From: Ramazzottius varieornatus | Taxonomy: Eukaryota; Animalia; Tardigrada | DNA length: 64,000 bases | Reading direction: 5' to 3' | Assembly (NCBI GenBank): GCA_001949185.1 | Contig: BDGG01000007.1 | Location: 1,632,730 to 1,696,729, forward strand | Part shown: piece after piece, positions 10,599 through 23,097 of the stretch | Numbering within the stretch: the stretch's first letter is position 1 | Layout of the letters: every line of letters starts with the position of its first letter | Notes under the pieces: model-generated | What the model was told of the DNA's origin: nothing | Databases searched by the model: none | What the model saw: only the letters and a program-made list of their open reading frames with translations | Made by a program: the position numbers and the translations under genes

Positions 10599-13007
10599 AT
10601 GGCCCGTGACAGAAGCCCGGTGGCTGAAGGAGGAGGACCGGTCGAAGCCGCCATTTCCCACAAGCGGCGAAACAGCAATAGTAGCCAGGCTAACGGCAAG
10701 ACGACCGACTCATCGCGATCGCCATCCGCCTCGCCACCTTCGCCATCTCATCGCTCTTTGAGCCTTCCCGCAGCGACCACCGATGGGAAGATATCTGCCA
10801 AAAAAAAAGTTTCAGTTACCAAGCCAGGTATCAAAGAAGAGGTGGAAAGCGGAAGTGGTCATCCAGTGACGTCACCGCTGATTGCCGGCTTACCCTGCTA
10901 TACCTGGGAGGAAGTGGCCAAGCACAACACGCCGGCCAGCTGTTGGTGCTACATCGGCACCAAGGTTTACGACATCACTTCTTGGTTGGACCGCCATCCG
11001 GGCGGGCGTCAGGTAAGCTCGCCACAGCCTCAGCTCTCCGCTGCCTCTGTAATAGACAAACAATCAAGTTTGCCGTGCGGCAAGAACAAACTTACGAGTT
11101 AATTATAAGCGCCATCTGTTGCGTAACATTTCGATCAAAACCTACTGCAAAGCGAAATTAGAAACCTCTAAACGTAAAGCGCTATCGAACAGAAGATAGC
11201 TCTGTATCTGTAGGTGTTGCTGCTGTCTGCCGGGCGAGATTGTACTGACCTCTTCATATCGTACCATCCCTTCACGGAGAAGCCGGCCCAACTCTTGGCC
11301 AAATACTGCATCGGCCAAGTGACCACCACCGAGTTCCCCCAGTACCAGCCCGACTCGGGCTTTTACAAGGAAGTGCGTCAGAAGGTGGCTGAATACTTCA
11401 AGGAGAACAAGCTGGACAGCAAAGATGCCAAACCTGGACTGACGCGTCTGGCCATCATGATGCTGGTGGCGCTGACCAGCTACGGTCTGTTGATTTCCAG
11501 CGTTGCCAACCAGTCTTGCTGGGTCTGGCAAGTCCTGTTGGCCATGTTGTATGGCTGGGCACAAGCCTTACCTTTGCTGCACCTGATGCATGATGCCAGC
11601 CACTGCGCCATCGGCCACAGCGAACGCGGCTGGGCCATCATCGGCCGCTTCACTCTGGACTTTTTTGTGGGAGCTTCCATGAACTCTTGGCACAACCAGC
11701 ACATCCTGGGGCACCATGTTTACACAAACGTACTGGGCGTCGATCCGGATCTGCCGCAGGGCAAGACGGGCAGCTTCCGCCGCGTCTGTTCGCTGCAGCG
11801 ATGGCACTGGGCTTATCGGCTGCAACATCTATACCTGCTGGTCCTCTACGGCTTCACCGCCCTCAAGTTCCGCGTCAACGATATCACCGATCTTTTCATC
11901 TTCAAAACCGTGGTAAGTCCTCGATAGATGTGGCCAGAGAAACTTTTGTCGTCGCGCCCTGCAGAAGGAAAGCCGGAAATTATAGACAGAAATTCAAAAG
12001 CCCGGCCAACAGTAGCTGACTACCAAACACGACTTACCTGAGCCATTGCGGACCGTGAGACTGACTTGCGCGTCAAGGAGAATCGAGTGGCACACTGCGG
12101 ACAAGTCGATGAGGATGACCAGAATGTGAAAAAGACCGGGCGAGAACGAACGTTTTTTCCTGGATGAATTTGAAATAGTAATTATTTCGTTCGTAGAGAT
12201 GTGATTAAATCAAGTGAGAACCCATTTCCAATCAACCGTAAGATTTGAGCGAAACATGAGCGGTCAGTAGTGACGTACAATCCGTGACGTCACTGCGAAG
12301 CCAGTATTCGTCGCCTCCTGGCCGAAATGCGGAATAATAGGAGCTCGAGGAGGACTCGAGCGAATTACTGAAGATTTTATCATAGAAATATCAAATATGA
12401 AAGTTATGCTGATGAATCGTAGGGACCAATCCGGATGAACGACATCGACAACAAGGAAGTCTTGAGTCAAGTATGCAGCAAAGTCTTTTGGATATTGTGG
12501 CGCTTCGTTCTGCCCATCGCCTGCTTCGGAGCGGCTGCCGGCCGGTTCCTCCTTCTGCAGCTGGTGATTGAGTTCATCACGGGATACTACCTGAACTTTA
12601 GCTTCCAGATCAGCCACGTCAGTCCGTTGTGCGACTTCCCAGACGGCGAAAAGCCAGCGGTGGACGACGAATGGGCCTATTCGCAGCTAAAGGTAAATTC
12701 TCATCCCTTCTCTCCGTGACATCTTTCTTTCTAAGCTTGGTCTTCTTCTTTGTAGTCAACATTGGACTATGCCTACCACTCGAAGCTGACGACCTTCATG
12801 AACGGTGCTCTGAACTACCAGTCGGTCCATCACTTGTTCCCCTCTGTCTCCCAATACCACTATCCCGCGTTAGCGCCCATCATCAACAGCGTGGGCAGGA
12901 AGTACGGCATCAAAATCAACTATGTCAATACCTTTACCGAAGCCTTCAATCTCCATCTACAGCACCTGTATACCCTGGGTGTCGACTCTGTGTTCCACCA
13001 TCATTAA
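10599..13007 (+). CDS. Cytochrome b5-fused front-end (Delta5-type) fatty acid desaturase, copy 2, 4 coding exons
   Basis: [26 protein letters not shown]; introns about 11013-11213, 11913-12422, 12693-12755; ends VFHHH-stop. Confidence 0.92.
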
Positions 13008-13235
13008 AGTAGACCTTGCTTTCTTTATACAGTACAACGAGATGGTCGCAAGTTGTCTTTATTTCCCCACTCCAGCCACATATCATAGTATTGAAAGCTG
13101 AAGTTCCTACTTTACATTCTGTATTTTTCGGCGCTCTTGCGCTTCGTCTCATTCTGCATTCTGCACTTCCGGGTTTCTGGTATAAATTATTGCAAGAATC
13201 TGTCCTAAGTACTGGAAAGCTCGGCCTTCTCTGCG

Positions 13236-13809
13236 TTACATCCGATAAGCCGCTTCGTACGGGCCAAAGAACCGATTAGAGGGCAACATGGAGATGGACA
13301 TGATATCCGGAGTCGTCACTCGAAGGTTGTTGTAATTGTTGCAGTTGGGTCTGCTGCACCAGCAGCTTCTCCAGCCGCGATCATTGGGCATTGTCGGATG
13401 CAAGCTGCATAGACCCTCTTCCGGCAAGTTGAATTCGTACATGGGACTGCAGCCTCGTGTTATCCGTTCTGCAAGTACAGTACATAAAGCAAACATGGCC
13501 AGGAACGAGCAAAAAAGACCGAAGACCACCTAGGAAGATTATTGAAGCCATACCAATAAAGACGGCGTTTTCCGTAGGGCTCAACACGCGCCAGAACGAT
13601 GTAATGCACTGTTGGACGCGGTAAGCACATGGCACAGAGAACTTTGCCAAGGCAGCTAGATCACCCGTGCCGGCACAATCCGTTTGATTGCTGGAATCAC
13701 AAGTCAAGCACGAGATGGATGACTGAGCACTTGCTCCACGCAGGGTCCATAGTGATGCCAGCAACAGCAGGATCCGGCAGAGTAAGATGACCTTCGACCA
13801 ACTACGCAT
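13236..13809 (-). CDS. Secreted three-finger (Ly6/uPAR, quiver/sleepless-like) protein, 2 exons
   Basis: Signal peptide, ISCLTCDS...C...C...C, ITRGC, SCWCSRPNCNN end motif; intron 13553-13469. Confidence 0.75.
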
Positions 13810-14457
13810 CGCCAGACGTATTACAAGTAGACTCGCTAACAATATGTCCGGACCAGCATGTAGTAGATCAACCAGCATGGAACAATTCCATCAAGACGGT
13901 AGTAGGCCGATGTCAGGTCACATGGCGAGGTACGAGGATGTATGTGCGGATGCCGCCCTACCCCATTCAGCCGGCACAGATCCCCATCCTCTGCATCTGT
14001 CGTCGCGTGGATACCATGTACCCTCCATAAGCAACAGGCTGCTCCATCAAAGAAGACATGAATTCGCCATCACTTCAACCACATTTCGCTTGGTCCTTCT
14101 GTCAGATCGTAACCCCAAAGCGCAGTTCAACCATATCACACACTCGACAGATAACAATAAAAACGCCCAACTGAAAAGGCTACAAATCAGCTTAGGCAGA
14201 AAACACAGGAAACTAAAGGGGGAAAAGAATAAAGGCTATAAAGATAAAAAGCGAAGAAGTCAGCTCCATGATTAAAGTGTATTTGGTTACAATAAATATA
14301 CTTCCCGTTACAGTGTGATCATGGGCAAAGACGCCTCAAGTTGGAGGGCCTCAAACACTTTCAGAAGAGCAAAGTCCATCAAACACTATTTCAACAGAAT
14401 CACGTTTGGCAAGGGAGAAAGCACTAGTTTTTGAAGGGCAACAAGGTCCATCAGCCA

Positions 14458-17400
14458 TCACTGCTGCTTGACGTGGGGTTGTTGAGCGGGTGTGTTGTGA
14501 TGGCGCTCCTCAGCAAAGCGTAACATTTCCCCCAGCAAATTCTACGGGAAGGCAAGACACACATTGCGCCACCATCTTTGACTGCGCAAGTGTCAACCAA
14601 GTTACTTACATTATTGGTTTCACCGATGGAGCCGGCCAGTATCGACCACCACTGAGGATCGTACTGTTGAACCTCCATCACAACTTGGCGGAAGATGGCA
14701 AACTCGTCGACACTGTCCTGGTCAAGGGGCGTTGTCATCTGCTTCAACGTGTCCGACTGGTAACCTTCCGACTGCCAGTCTTCATCGTCGTCATCATAAT
14801 CTACAAGAACACCAAGCTTGAGTTTCTCTCATCTCCCCCCAGCGAGTCAGAATGTCACTAGGTCAGCCTACCTTCGTCTTCCGCGACGACTTCTCCGCCT
14901 ACTTTGCCGGCCGACGGTTCGTGGTCTTCTTCGTCGGTATGGACCACTTCCTCTTCTCCCTCTTCCTCGTCTTCCCATTCATCGTCACTGTCCGTTTCTT
15001 TGTGTGTATACATTCGTTTCAGCCCCTACTCCAAGGACAGCGCATTAGCTTGACGGACAATGACTGGAAAGAAGGGCCATCGTATACCTGGAAGAGGAGG
15101 AGACAGGAAGGCAGTAGCTTGGCCACGATGCTCTGTATGGCAAAGTGCGCTCTGAGGTGTTGGGGCAGACGCATGAAGATGGTCAGGCCCAGGACGGCCA
15201 TCTTCTTGTCATGCTTGCCAAACATGCAGTCAATCTCGTCCAGCCACATGGCCAGAAACTTCATCAGCAGCATACCCTCACCCTCCGTCTCGGCCCGCCA
15301 CTTGTTAAGAAAGTCCAAGGCCAGGGCCGTGTCGTAGTACAAGGCCGCCACTATCACCAGGATCAGCTGTGTCTTCAGCTCGGACATGAGCGGACTGGCC
15401 GGATACATCAGCTTCTGCAGCACCACCTGCATGATGGCCGGTACATACGGTGTTATCAGTCCTGCCAAACAAAAGGCATCAACAGCCTTGAACTACATGT
15501 CCAGCTAGCGAGAGATGCTGACATACCTTGATAGCTCAAGACCAGCACTTCCAACAGCTTGGCCGCTTGACACTGCCCATCTTCGCCCGCTTCGTCATTG
15601 CCCAAGACATACTCGCACATCTCGCACATGACTTGTAGGCGTCGTGGATCCGACAGCAACCCTTGAGCATCCCGTGTGGCGTAGTTGTACAAACACACAA
15701 TCTACAACGACAAAGGAAACAATTCGTCAAACACAAATCCATGTATAGCCTGGCAAGGTCCACAACGCACCATATCGGTAAAGTAGTCGATGCCGCTGTC
15801 TTTCTTCCTTAAAATCTGGGCGCAAATGTCCAGTCCCTGCCATAAGGCCGGCGATATCTGCTTGGAAGTTAGGGAAGTCAGGAGACCAAACATTTCTTCA
15901 AAGTACTCGGACAAGTCCTTCTCCAGGATCAGCTCGATGACTTGTATGATGATGGGTGCTAGCTGAGTATTCAGCTGCGGCTTCTCGATGGTGCAGTCGT
16001 TCAGCAGTTCCATCGTCTGTAGCACCGAAATACCCGTCAGCACCGAGCTCCGTTCTTCCTCCTCGGCTCCGCGCTTGTCCACGATGGTCCCGAAGGTGGC
16101 CAGCAGATGCTGCGCCAACTCGATAGCGCACACCGATACCTGACATCATATTACAGCGTTATATGACATGACAATATGACACAAGATCTTCGCCACATGA
16201 CATAACATAACAGTACTACTACAGGGTTTCGGCCCCTACCTCGTCAGGGAATTCGACGACAAAGGTCTGCAGAACTTCCGACAGTTCTTCATAGTTGGTA
16301 GTGTGGACTAGTTCCAGAGTGACGCGAAGGATGGCGATGGCGTGTGGACGGAGAAAGTCTTCGGCTGCCTTCTGGTTGTCCAGCACTTCGTTGAGCGTCA
16401 GCGCGGCCTCGACGCGGACCGGCAGATGCTCGGCGGGGTTCATCAGCAGCTGCCGCGCGCTTTCCAGCCCGATATAGAGGTGGTCTTTGTTCTTGTACTC
16501 CAGATAGGAGAACTGTCGAAAGAGCCAGACGGCACGGTAGCGAATGAACGGTTCGGGGTTGCGCATTTCCGGGTAACCGTGCACCACCAGCAACTGCTCA
16601 ACTTGGTCCTTATACGGCTTGCGTCGCATCAAGACGCGGCCCATGATTCCTGCAAGACAAAGCAGCATGATACTGGAACAATCGTGCGATAAAATAGGGT
16701 TAGCCAATGCCCAACGGTCACACCGAGAAAGTGAAGCGCGCCATCCTTCTCTCGCGCTCTGGCGGGATCGGGCGTCATTTGGCCCAGCGTGAAGGTCAGA
16801 ATGTCCGGGATGAGGTTGGGATGCTTCTTGCAGAGCGTGTGAAGGAGGTACTGTGCAGCGGCTTCAGCGGACATGAACTCTGCATGCATGTCACTTCGTT
16901 CGAGGATCCAGTCGATGGGATTGTCCTCCCACATTTCCTTATCTTCCTCTTTGAAGCACATGATGGGGAAGATGACGCGCGATAGCAGGTCGTGCGCGTG
17001 CGGCTTGATCAGCTTCCAACATGATGGAACCTGCAGAAAATAAATAACCCACATGAAACATTGACAAAGGAAATACATGACCGGAAGTGAGATGGTCGTA
17101 CTTTCAAGGCTTGTCGAACATAGGCTAAACTTTGCTGTAAACACCGCTGACTGATGTAGGTGCCGCGGATGTACGAGTCGAGGAGGACAAAGACGGACTG
17201 GAGAATGACTTTGGCCAGTTTGGCCACGAAAAAGTTGGCAAAGGCCAGGTAATCTTTCTTAACATCCTTGGGCGAGCCGTAGCGATCAAAAATCTTGGCA
17301 AAGATGTGCAGACACCACTTCTTGCTCTTCCACCAGATCGTGTCCTGGCGCTCGTCCTCCTCCAGCTCGTTCACTTTCGGCGGTACCGGCGAGTCAAAGA

Positions 17401-18277
17401 CTCTCAGAATCGTCATGATCCACTGTTCGGTCATTTCGAAATTTAATATCTTGAGGGGAAAGTCGAACTGGATGTAACAGTAAAAGACTTTTAATATCGT
17501 CTTAATCAACAGCATCGACTGCTCCGATGTGTCGCCCGTCAGTTCATGCAGTCTCCGTAGCAGTAAGGGCTGAAGAAACTTCATGGCTTCATCTGCAAAA
17601 AAGACGAAAGAATTTGTTGATCCGTTGTCTGTTTAACAGAATAATATGACGGACAGGGTCGTGCTGTCAGCCCCATCGAGAGGGCTTAAAGACAACCTTG
17701 TTGCACCGGAAAGAGGTGCCAACACGGCTTTTGGGCACTCACCGATAGCTGAACGGTCATCCGAGACGCGATATTCAAAGGCATGAATCAAGCGGTACAG
17801 GGCAATCAAGGCACCGTACCACAGTTCGTGTTGCGGCGACGCCAGCACGAGATTGACACGCTGCACAATGTCCGACCATCGTCCGGGAAAATCGGCCTTA
17901 CAAATGGTCTCCAGTGCCATGGCTAGTTGTACGCGTAACACTTCCGGCGAGTCGATGACCGTCTCCAGGATTTTGTCACGAAGAATAGAACGGTCCTGTT
18001 CGTGAATGTTGAAGGGTATGGGTTCACCTCGCTCTCGAGCCTTTTGCGTCTCTCCTTCCGTCACGTCGTCCCAGTGATGGATAATGTAATTCTTCAGGTA
18101 TACTACAGCTGCTGTCCGTGAGGGTAATTCGGCTTTGCCATCGCGAACGTGCTCCAGCAACATTGGTCCAAAGTTGATGATTTTGCGCATTTGATTCAGC
18201 TGCTCTTCTGCTGCTTTCCGATGGACCGGATCCAGCGTCGACGCGCACAAGTAGGCGATGTTCTCCATTCCCACCAT
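14458..18277 (-). CDS. IPO7: Importin-7/8 family nuclear import receptor, multi-exon
   Basis: IBN_N start (STLDPVHRKAAEEQL), DFPGRW, WWKSKKW, DRYGSP, REKDGAL, acidic loop and TTPLD...VDEF near the C-terminus. Confidence 0.92.
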
Positions 18278-19230
18278 TCTACTCTCGTCTCGTTATTCCT
18301 CTAGGAAGTAGCACAATAGACGGCAAACGAAGAAGCAAAGCCGCTGTACGGAATCAACAAAATGGTTCTGACTTCTGAATTTGAAATCGGCGAAAATGGC
18401 AAGTGGCAATTGGAATTTGGAATTCTAATAGCACTGCAGCAAAGTGGTTACACGCAGAGAATCAATCAAACTTCCAACCGGAAGTGACGCCCCACTACTT
18501 AACAGGAGCGGTCCCAGCGGATCCGGTCCCTCCGAACAGGTTAAACTACCTGGTGCTACTCCAGTCTCCAACCTCAAGACTGGCATTCCATAACAGAAAC
18601 CACGGACGCATCACGAGACAACGCAAACTGGGGCGAAGGCTATCTGACCTTACCCGGTACCACTTTCTGTTGGAGAGCCCGGTTGACTTCGGACTTCCTG
18701 GTCTTCGGCCGCGTACGGGAGAAGAAGCAAGAAAAAGCGATCATGCCCCTCCTATGTGTCATATGATACCTGGTGCTTGTGGATCGGACCCGGCAGAAGA
18801 ACAGGAGAACAGGTATTAAAGTAGTCTAGTTCCAAGTTTACTGCAGAATTTCTCGCACGGTTTGAAACTTACTGACCGTTTTAAAAAAAGGAACACAGGA
18901 AGCAATGATAAATCAGTTCCTCTCGAACTATGTCGTTCAGCAGATAACGCGCAATGAGCGCTGAAAACTTTTCGAACAAAATTCCCAAGTTCCACGGAGT
19001 CGCCGGCTCCTCTATGTTAAGCGTCGAGCTGGCATTTTATGGCAAAGTTTCTTCGCTCAATATACGACGTCCCTCTCTGACATCTTTGCGCCGGCGGTTC
19101 TCAAACCTACGAGCAGCAAGTCCTCCTCAATCGAAATATCAAACAAGTGTTCAATTTTCAGGTGTTTTCGTCTCGAACCTACCACTTAAGGCAGCGCCTG
19201 ATATCCAGACAGGCTTCTCGAGCGATCACT

Positions 19231-20619
19231 TCAAAATCGTCTTTCGACGGAATGGTTGACTTCTCGTACCATTTGTCTAAAAGAACATTCCGTTAGTCTC
19301 ACATGGCGGAAGGCCTTCAGATCGATAGTGAAAAGCTGATCGAGAAGCGTACTGAGAATGGTCAATTGACCCTTTCGCAGCACATAACGCGGCAGCTTTT
19401 CTTTGGGTTGTGGGGGTTCAAGCAGCGGCGTCTCCGGTGGCTCCTCCAGGTCCCCACGGAGAATACGTCGTTTCAAGTCATCTACCTCCGCCTTCAGTGC
19501 TGCTCGTCTTTTCTCGAACCTGTAAGCATCAGACGAAAAGATAACACTCCCGCGTTCGAGCTGTGCAAAGCACGTCGCAAAGATACAACAAAAGGGTAGT
19601 TCTGTAATTGTGTGATCAATTGTCGAGAAAGAAAAATTAATCAAACATGGAGTGACGATAAAACAACCTCTTACCATTTGTACACCTTGTATTCCTTGAC
19701 CTGCAAGTGCTCGGCCAATTGTTTCACCTTCTCTTTGGAAGGTATCTTCGCTTGCTCAAACTCTGCCTCGAGAAACTGGAGCTGGCCGGGCTGAAAACGG
19801 ACACGAGGTACACGTTCCGGTGGCTTCCAGTCAGTGGGTCTCGACAGCTCTTCCAGAGCAATTAATTCAGTGACCGTCTTTTCCGAAGGGAAAGGCAGAG
19901 TCCTTAGCAGTAGCTTGTACGCGGCACGGCTCTTTGCGTACACCTGCGTGCAGAAGAATTTGAAGTCCATAGAATACTTGTAAGGTGCCAGTTTGTTCTT
20001 CTTTGAAACCTACAACAAGACCGAAATACACAATCATTAACACCGATGATCCAGATACCCCTCATTCATTCGCCCATGACGTAAAGAGATCATTGTCACC
20101 AAATAGAGGCAACCATGACGTCATGCGCGCAGGGTTAAGTATCCTTACAAGTGCCTGCCTGCGTACCTGTACCAACTCCTGGACGAAAGGGGGGACGGCA
20201 TCGCGGTCAGCTTCCAGTTCTTGCACCCGTCTTTCCAGCTTCTTGATGGTCGCCCTCAGCGCTAAGATTTCCTCCCTGTTCTTTTGCTGCTTTGTATGTG
20301 CTCTTTTGCAGTTCGATATCGCGGTTTTACATCGTTTATTGTGACTTTCCACTTCCACCTTCTGGACAACCACAAACAGACGCTTTTGTGCAGGTGTTCT
20401 AGCTTCCATTCCCAGGCGGCCGTCGGGAAAGAGCGTGAGCGGAAGTGGCTGGGTGAATATGGCCGAACTGGATGAAGTGCCATCTGCAATGTCATGGGAA
20501 AGCATCGGTGTATTACCATCACCATTCTGCGTGATCACTGGCTCTCCTTCCGCAGTGTTCTCCTCATCTTCTTCGCACTCCGTCAATTCACTTCCGTCTT
20601 GCTCCTCATCCATATCCAT
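19231..20619 (-). CDS. Chimeric protein: acidic N-terminus, coiled coil, P-element-transposase-like HTH segment and divergent homeodomain; 3' end uncertain
   Basis: Exons 20619-20167, 20009-19675, 19519-onward join in frame; KYSMDFKFFCTQVYAKSRAAYKLLLRTLPFPSEKTV then RVPRVRFQPGQLQFLEAEFEQAKIPSKEKVKQLAEHLQVKEYKVYKWFEKRRAALK. Confidence 0.78.
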
Positions 20620-23097
20620 GTTGGTCCTTTTCGTCCTTCAGCAGAATCCTGCAAGTCGAACAGAAAACAGGATAATAATTAATTAATTATGCAGGGAAGA
20701 CGACTCACGAGTCGCGACTGTGGTCGTCAATCAAAAATTCAAATTGATGGTCGGGCGAGTTGATTGACAGAAGCACTCGTTCAACCAAAGTATAAAACTA
20801 CTCGTACAAGAACGACTTTTTGTTATCACGTAGATTTTTTACCGCTGTCGCCAGATTACTAGGTACCTCAGTTTTAATCGGGTTCCCGTGAAACTTTACG
20901 AAATGCCGGAGAGCCGGATGTACTTCCTACGTCGTAGCGGCGCAGCAAATTTCCGTACGGCCTTCGTCGGTTTTCCCCGGGACAATTCTATGCCGATAAT
21001 TTGTTCCAACACGTTAAAGTGCCGAATGCGCTGCTCCGCCTTCGTTCACAGAATGGCTCACCTTCGAAGCTCTGATCTGTCGTCGACCATTCTTCTCGCA
21101 GCAGGTTCACCTTTAACTTTCCAGGCCTATAACTGGTATAACATCGCTTCACCTGAAAGACTCTTCAAGCCGTACACGTGTACGCATCGAAGCTTCAAAG
21201 TCAATCGAGACTACGAATAATAACCGGTCTACGATCAACCATTTTAGAGATATAGACAAAAGCCGGTGGATCTTGACGGATTGTGGCTCGTGCTCCGGGA
21301 TCAATTTCACGGTGATCGCTTGGCAAGCAGCCTCCCAGAGGCATATTGATGCAGTAAAGTAAGCAAGGGCTGCAACTACAAGGAAGAAAAGACTGAGGGA
21401 CACATATCACACATTTATCTGCCTCACGGCCACTTTGCCTAATTAGTACATATTGTCTCCACTGTCCCCTGAGATCACATTTGTCTTGAGAGATGGCTAG
21501 CTTGATAGCATATATAACAGCAAACCTGACCGTTGGCGCGCAATCGATGCAGAATATTTTTCAACTTCCCGTCCCAGTGGAGCCCACAAACTGCAGATAC
21601 TGCAACACTGCAAAGTTCTTCCCCGTGTGTTTAATACTCCATGCTCATCGCCACCGTCTCTTCATCTGATAACAATTTCTATCGATTGTGGAACTTTTGT
21701 GCCGAAGAAGGATCAAAGGCCAGGATAGCTTCAGTCCTTTGGTAGCTGGTCATCGCGTCTTCTAGATCTGTAAGTATATTACCTATCAAATTATTGCAGT
21801 CACCGAGCCGACCAAATCTAGTGGAAAAATCGCTACAAACCACGCTACTTTAGCCTACTCGTGAAATAATCTAGAATTTCTCGTAAGAAAGGTCATTACT
21901 GTATTCCCTCCAAAGTTCTTCGAATCACGTGACTGTCGTGGTAAATATCATCCGGCGGGGAACAGAAAGTATCTATACCTTCAATCAAAGACTGCTCCCC
22001 AGTCAAGTGTAATGATGGGCGACAATCAAACAATCAGCGATACCAGTGCGGGTGTAATTTACTGGCTTAATGACGTAATTCGTAGAACTATCGAGGGAAT
22101 ACAGTAACTTTACTGACATCAGTAACATGTAAAAACGAGTAAACTGTGCCGCCACCTATAGATGAAATGGATCTTGTGACGGAAGCAGTAAAAGTCTAAG
22201 ACTCTAAGCGGCTTGGTGATGAAGGAGGCTCGTCAAAGAACCGTGAATTCAATTTGCCGGAGGTCCATTTGCAGTTTCGAAACTGCCGATTGGTTACGTC
22301 ACCGGAACTGCAGTGCAGCCATCGTCAAGCCTTACTTTGTTGGCGAATTCTTCTGATATGCATGTCGCTACTTCTTGCCTTTCAACTTGCTTGATGTTTC
22401 CTCAAACGTGACGGAATCTGTTGACCAAGACAAGTTCAATCGTCAGTGGTGGTTGACGACACGAGAGGGCATCATAACTTTGCTGGTTGATGGAGGAGGA
22501 CGACAAAGCATGAGGCATAATTTGCGTGTTACCAATTTATCTTCTGCGCGAAGCAGAGGAGATATCGGAGCCCGAAGTTGAACGATGCTTGACTAAACAA
22601 GTTTCATCTTTCTCCAGTCTAGTGCCTTTACGCCGTTTACGGCTCTCCTTCTGTCTTCATCGTCCCCTTCAAGGCCGGCCTGGCTGTGGATGCTAAAGTC
22701 ACTGGAGACGTTATCTTTGAGCGTTGGCTGACGTCAAGGTTTACGCATTGGAAACTCTGGTCAATCGATACTTTCTCTTCGCTTTGCCGTCCACTTTTTT
22801 GGCCGTTCGTTGAGTCTATTCTGTTCTGTCGAGAGGGGAGGATGTGTGGGTAAAGCTCGTACAAACACTGCACTTACGCAAAAGACAACCAAGATTCATC
22901 CTGTTTCTGCTTGTGGCCGAGATTGCAGACTTGCCGTGGCGACGCTCCCTTTCGCTACAGCATGTAAAGTTCAAGCTCGTCCCAGCTAATTGAATTGCCT
23001 GCATTCTTATTGACCTCCTCGTGCTATAGGTGCTTGATAAGGATGATCACAAGTTGGACGTACCTTCGTTAATCTCAGCAGGAGCGAAGAACGGAAG

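Noticed and set aside
18493-18826. CACTA-like element (cactactt...aagtagtc)
   Set aside because: Only about 8 bp of inverted match, wrong right terminus and no TSD
21149-21403. ORF resembling a signal peptide (MSLSLFFLVVAALA)
   Set aside because: Starts at GTG; the hydrophobic codons coincide with a polypyrimidine tract and AG; no open gene model could be built
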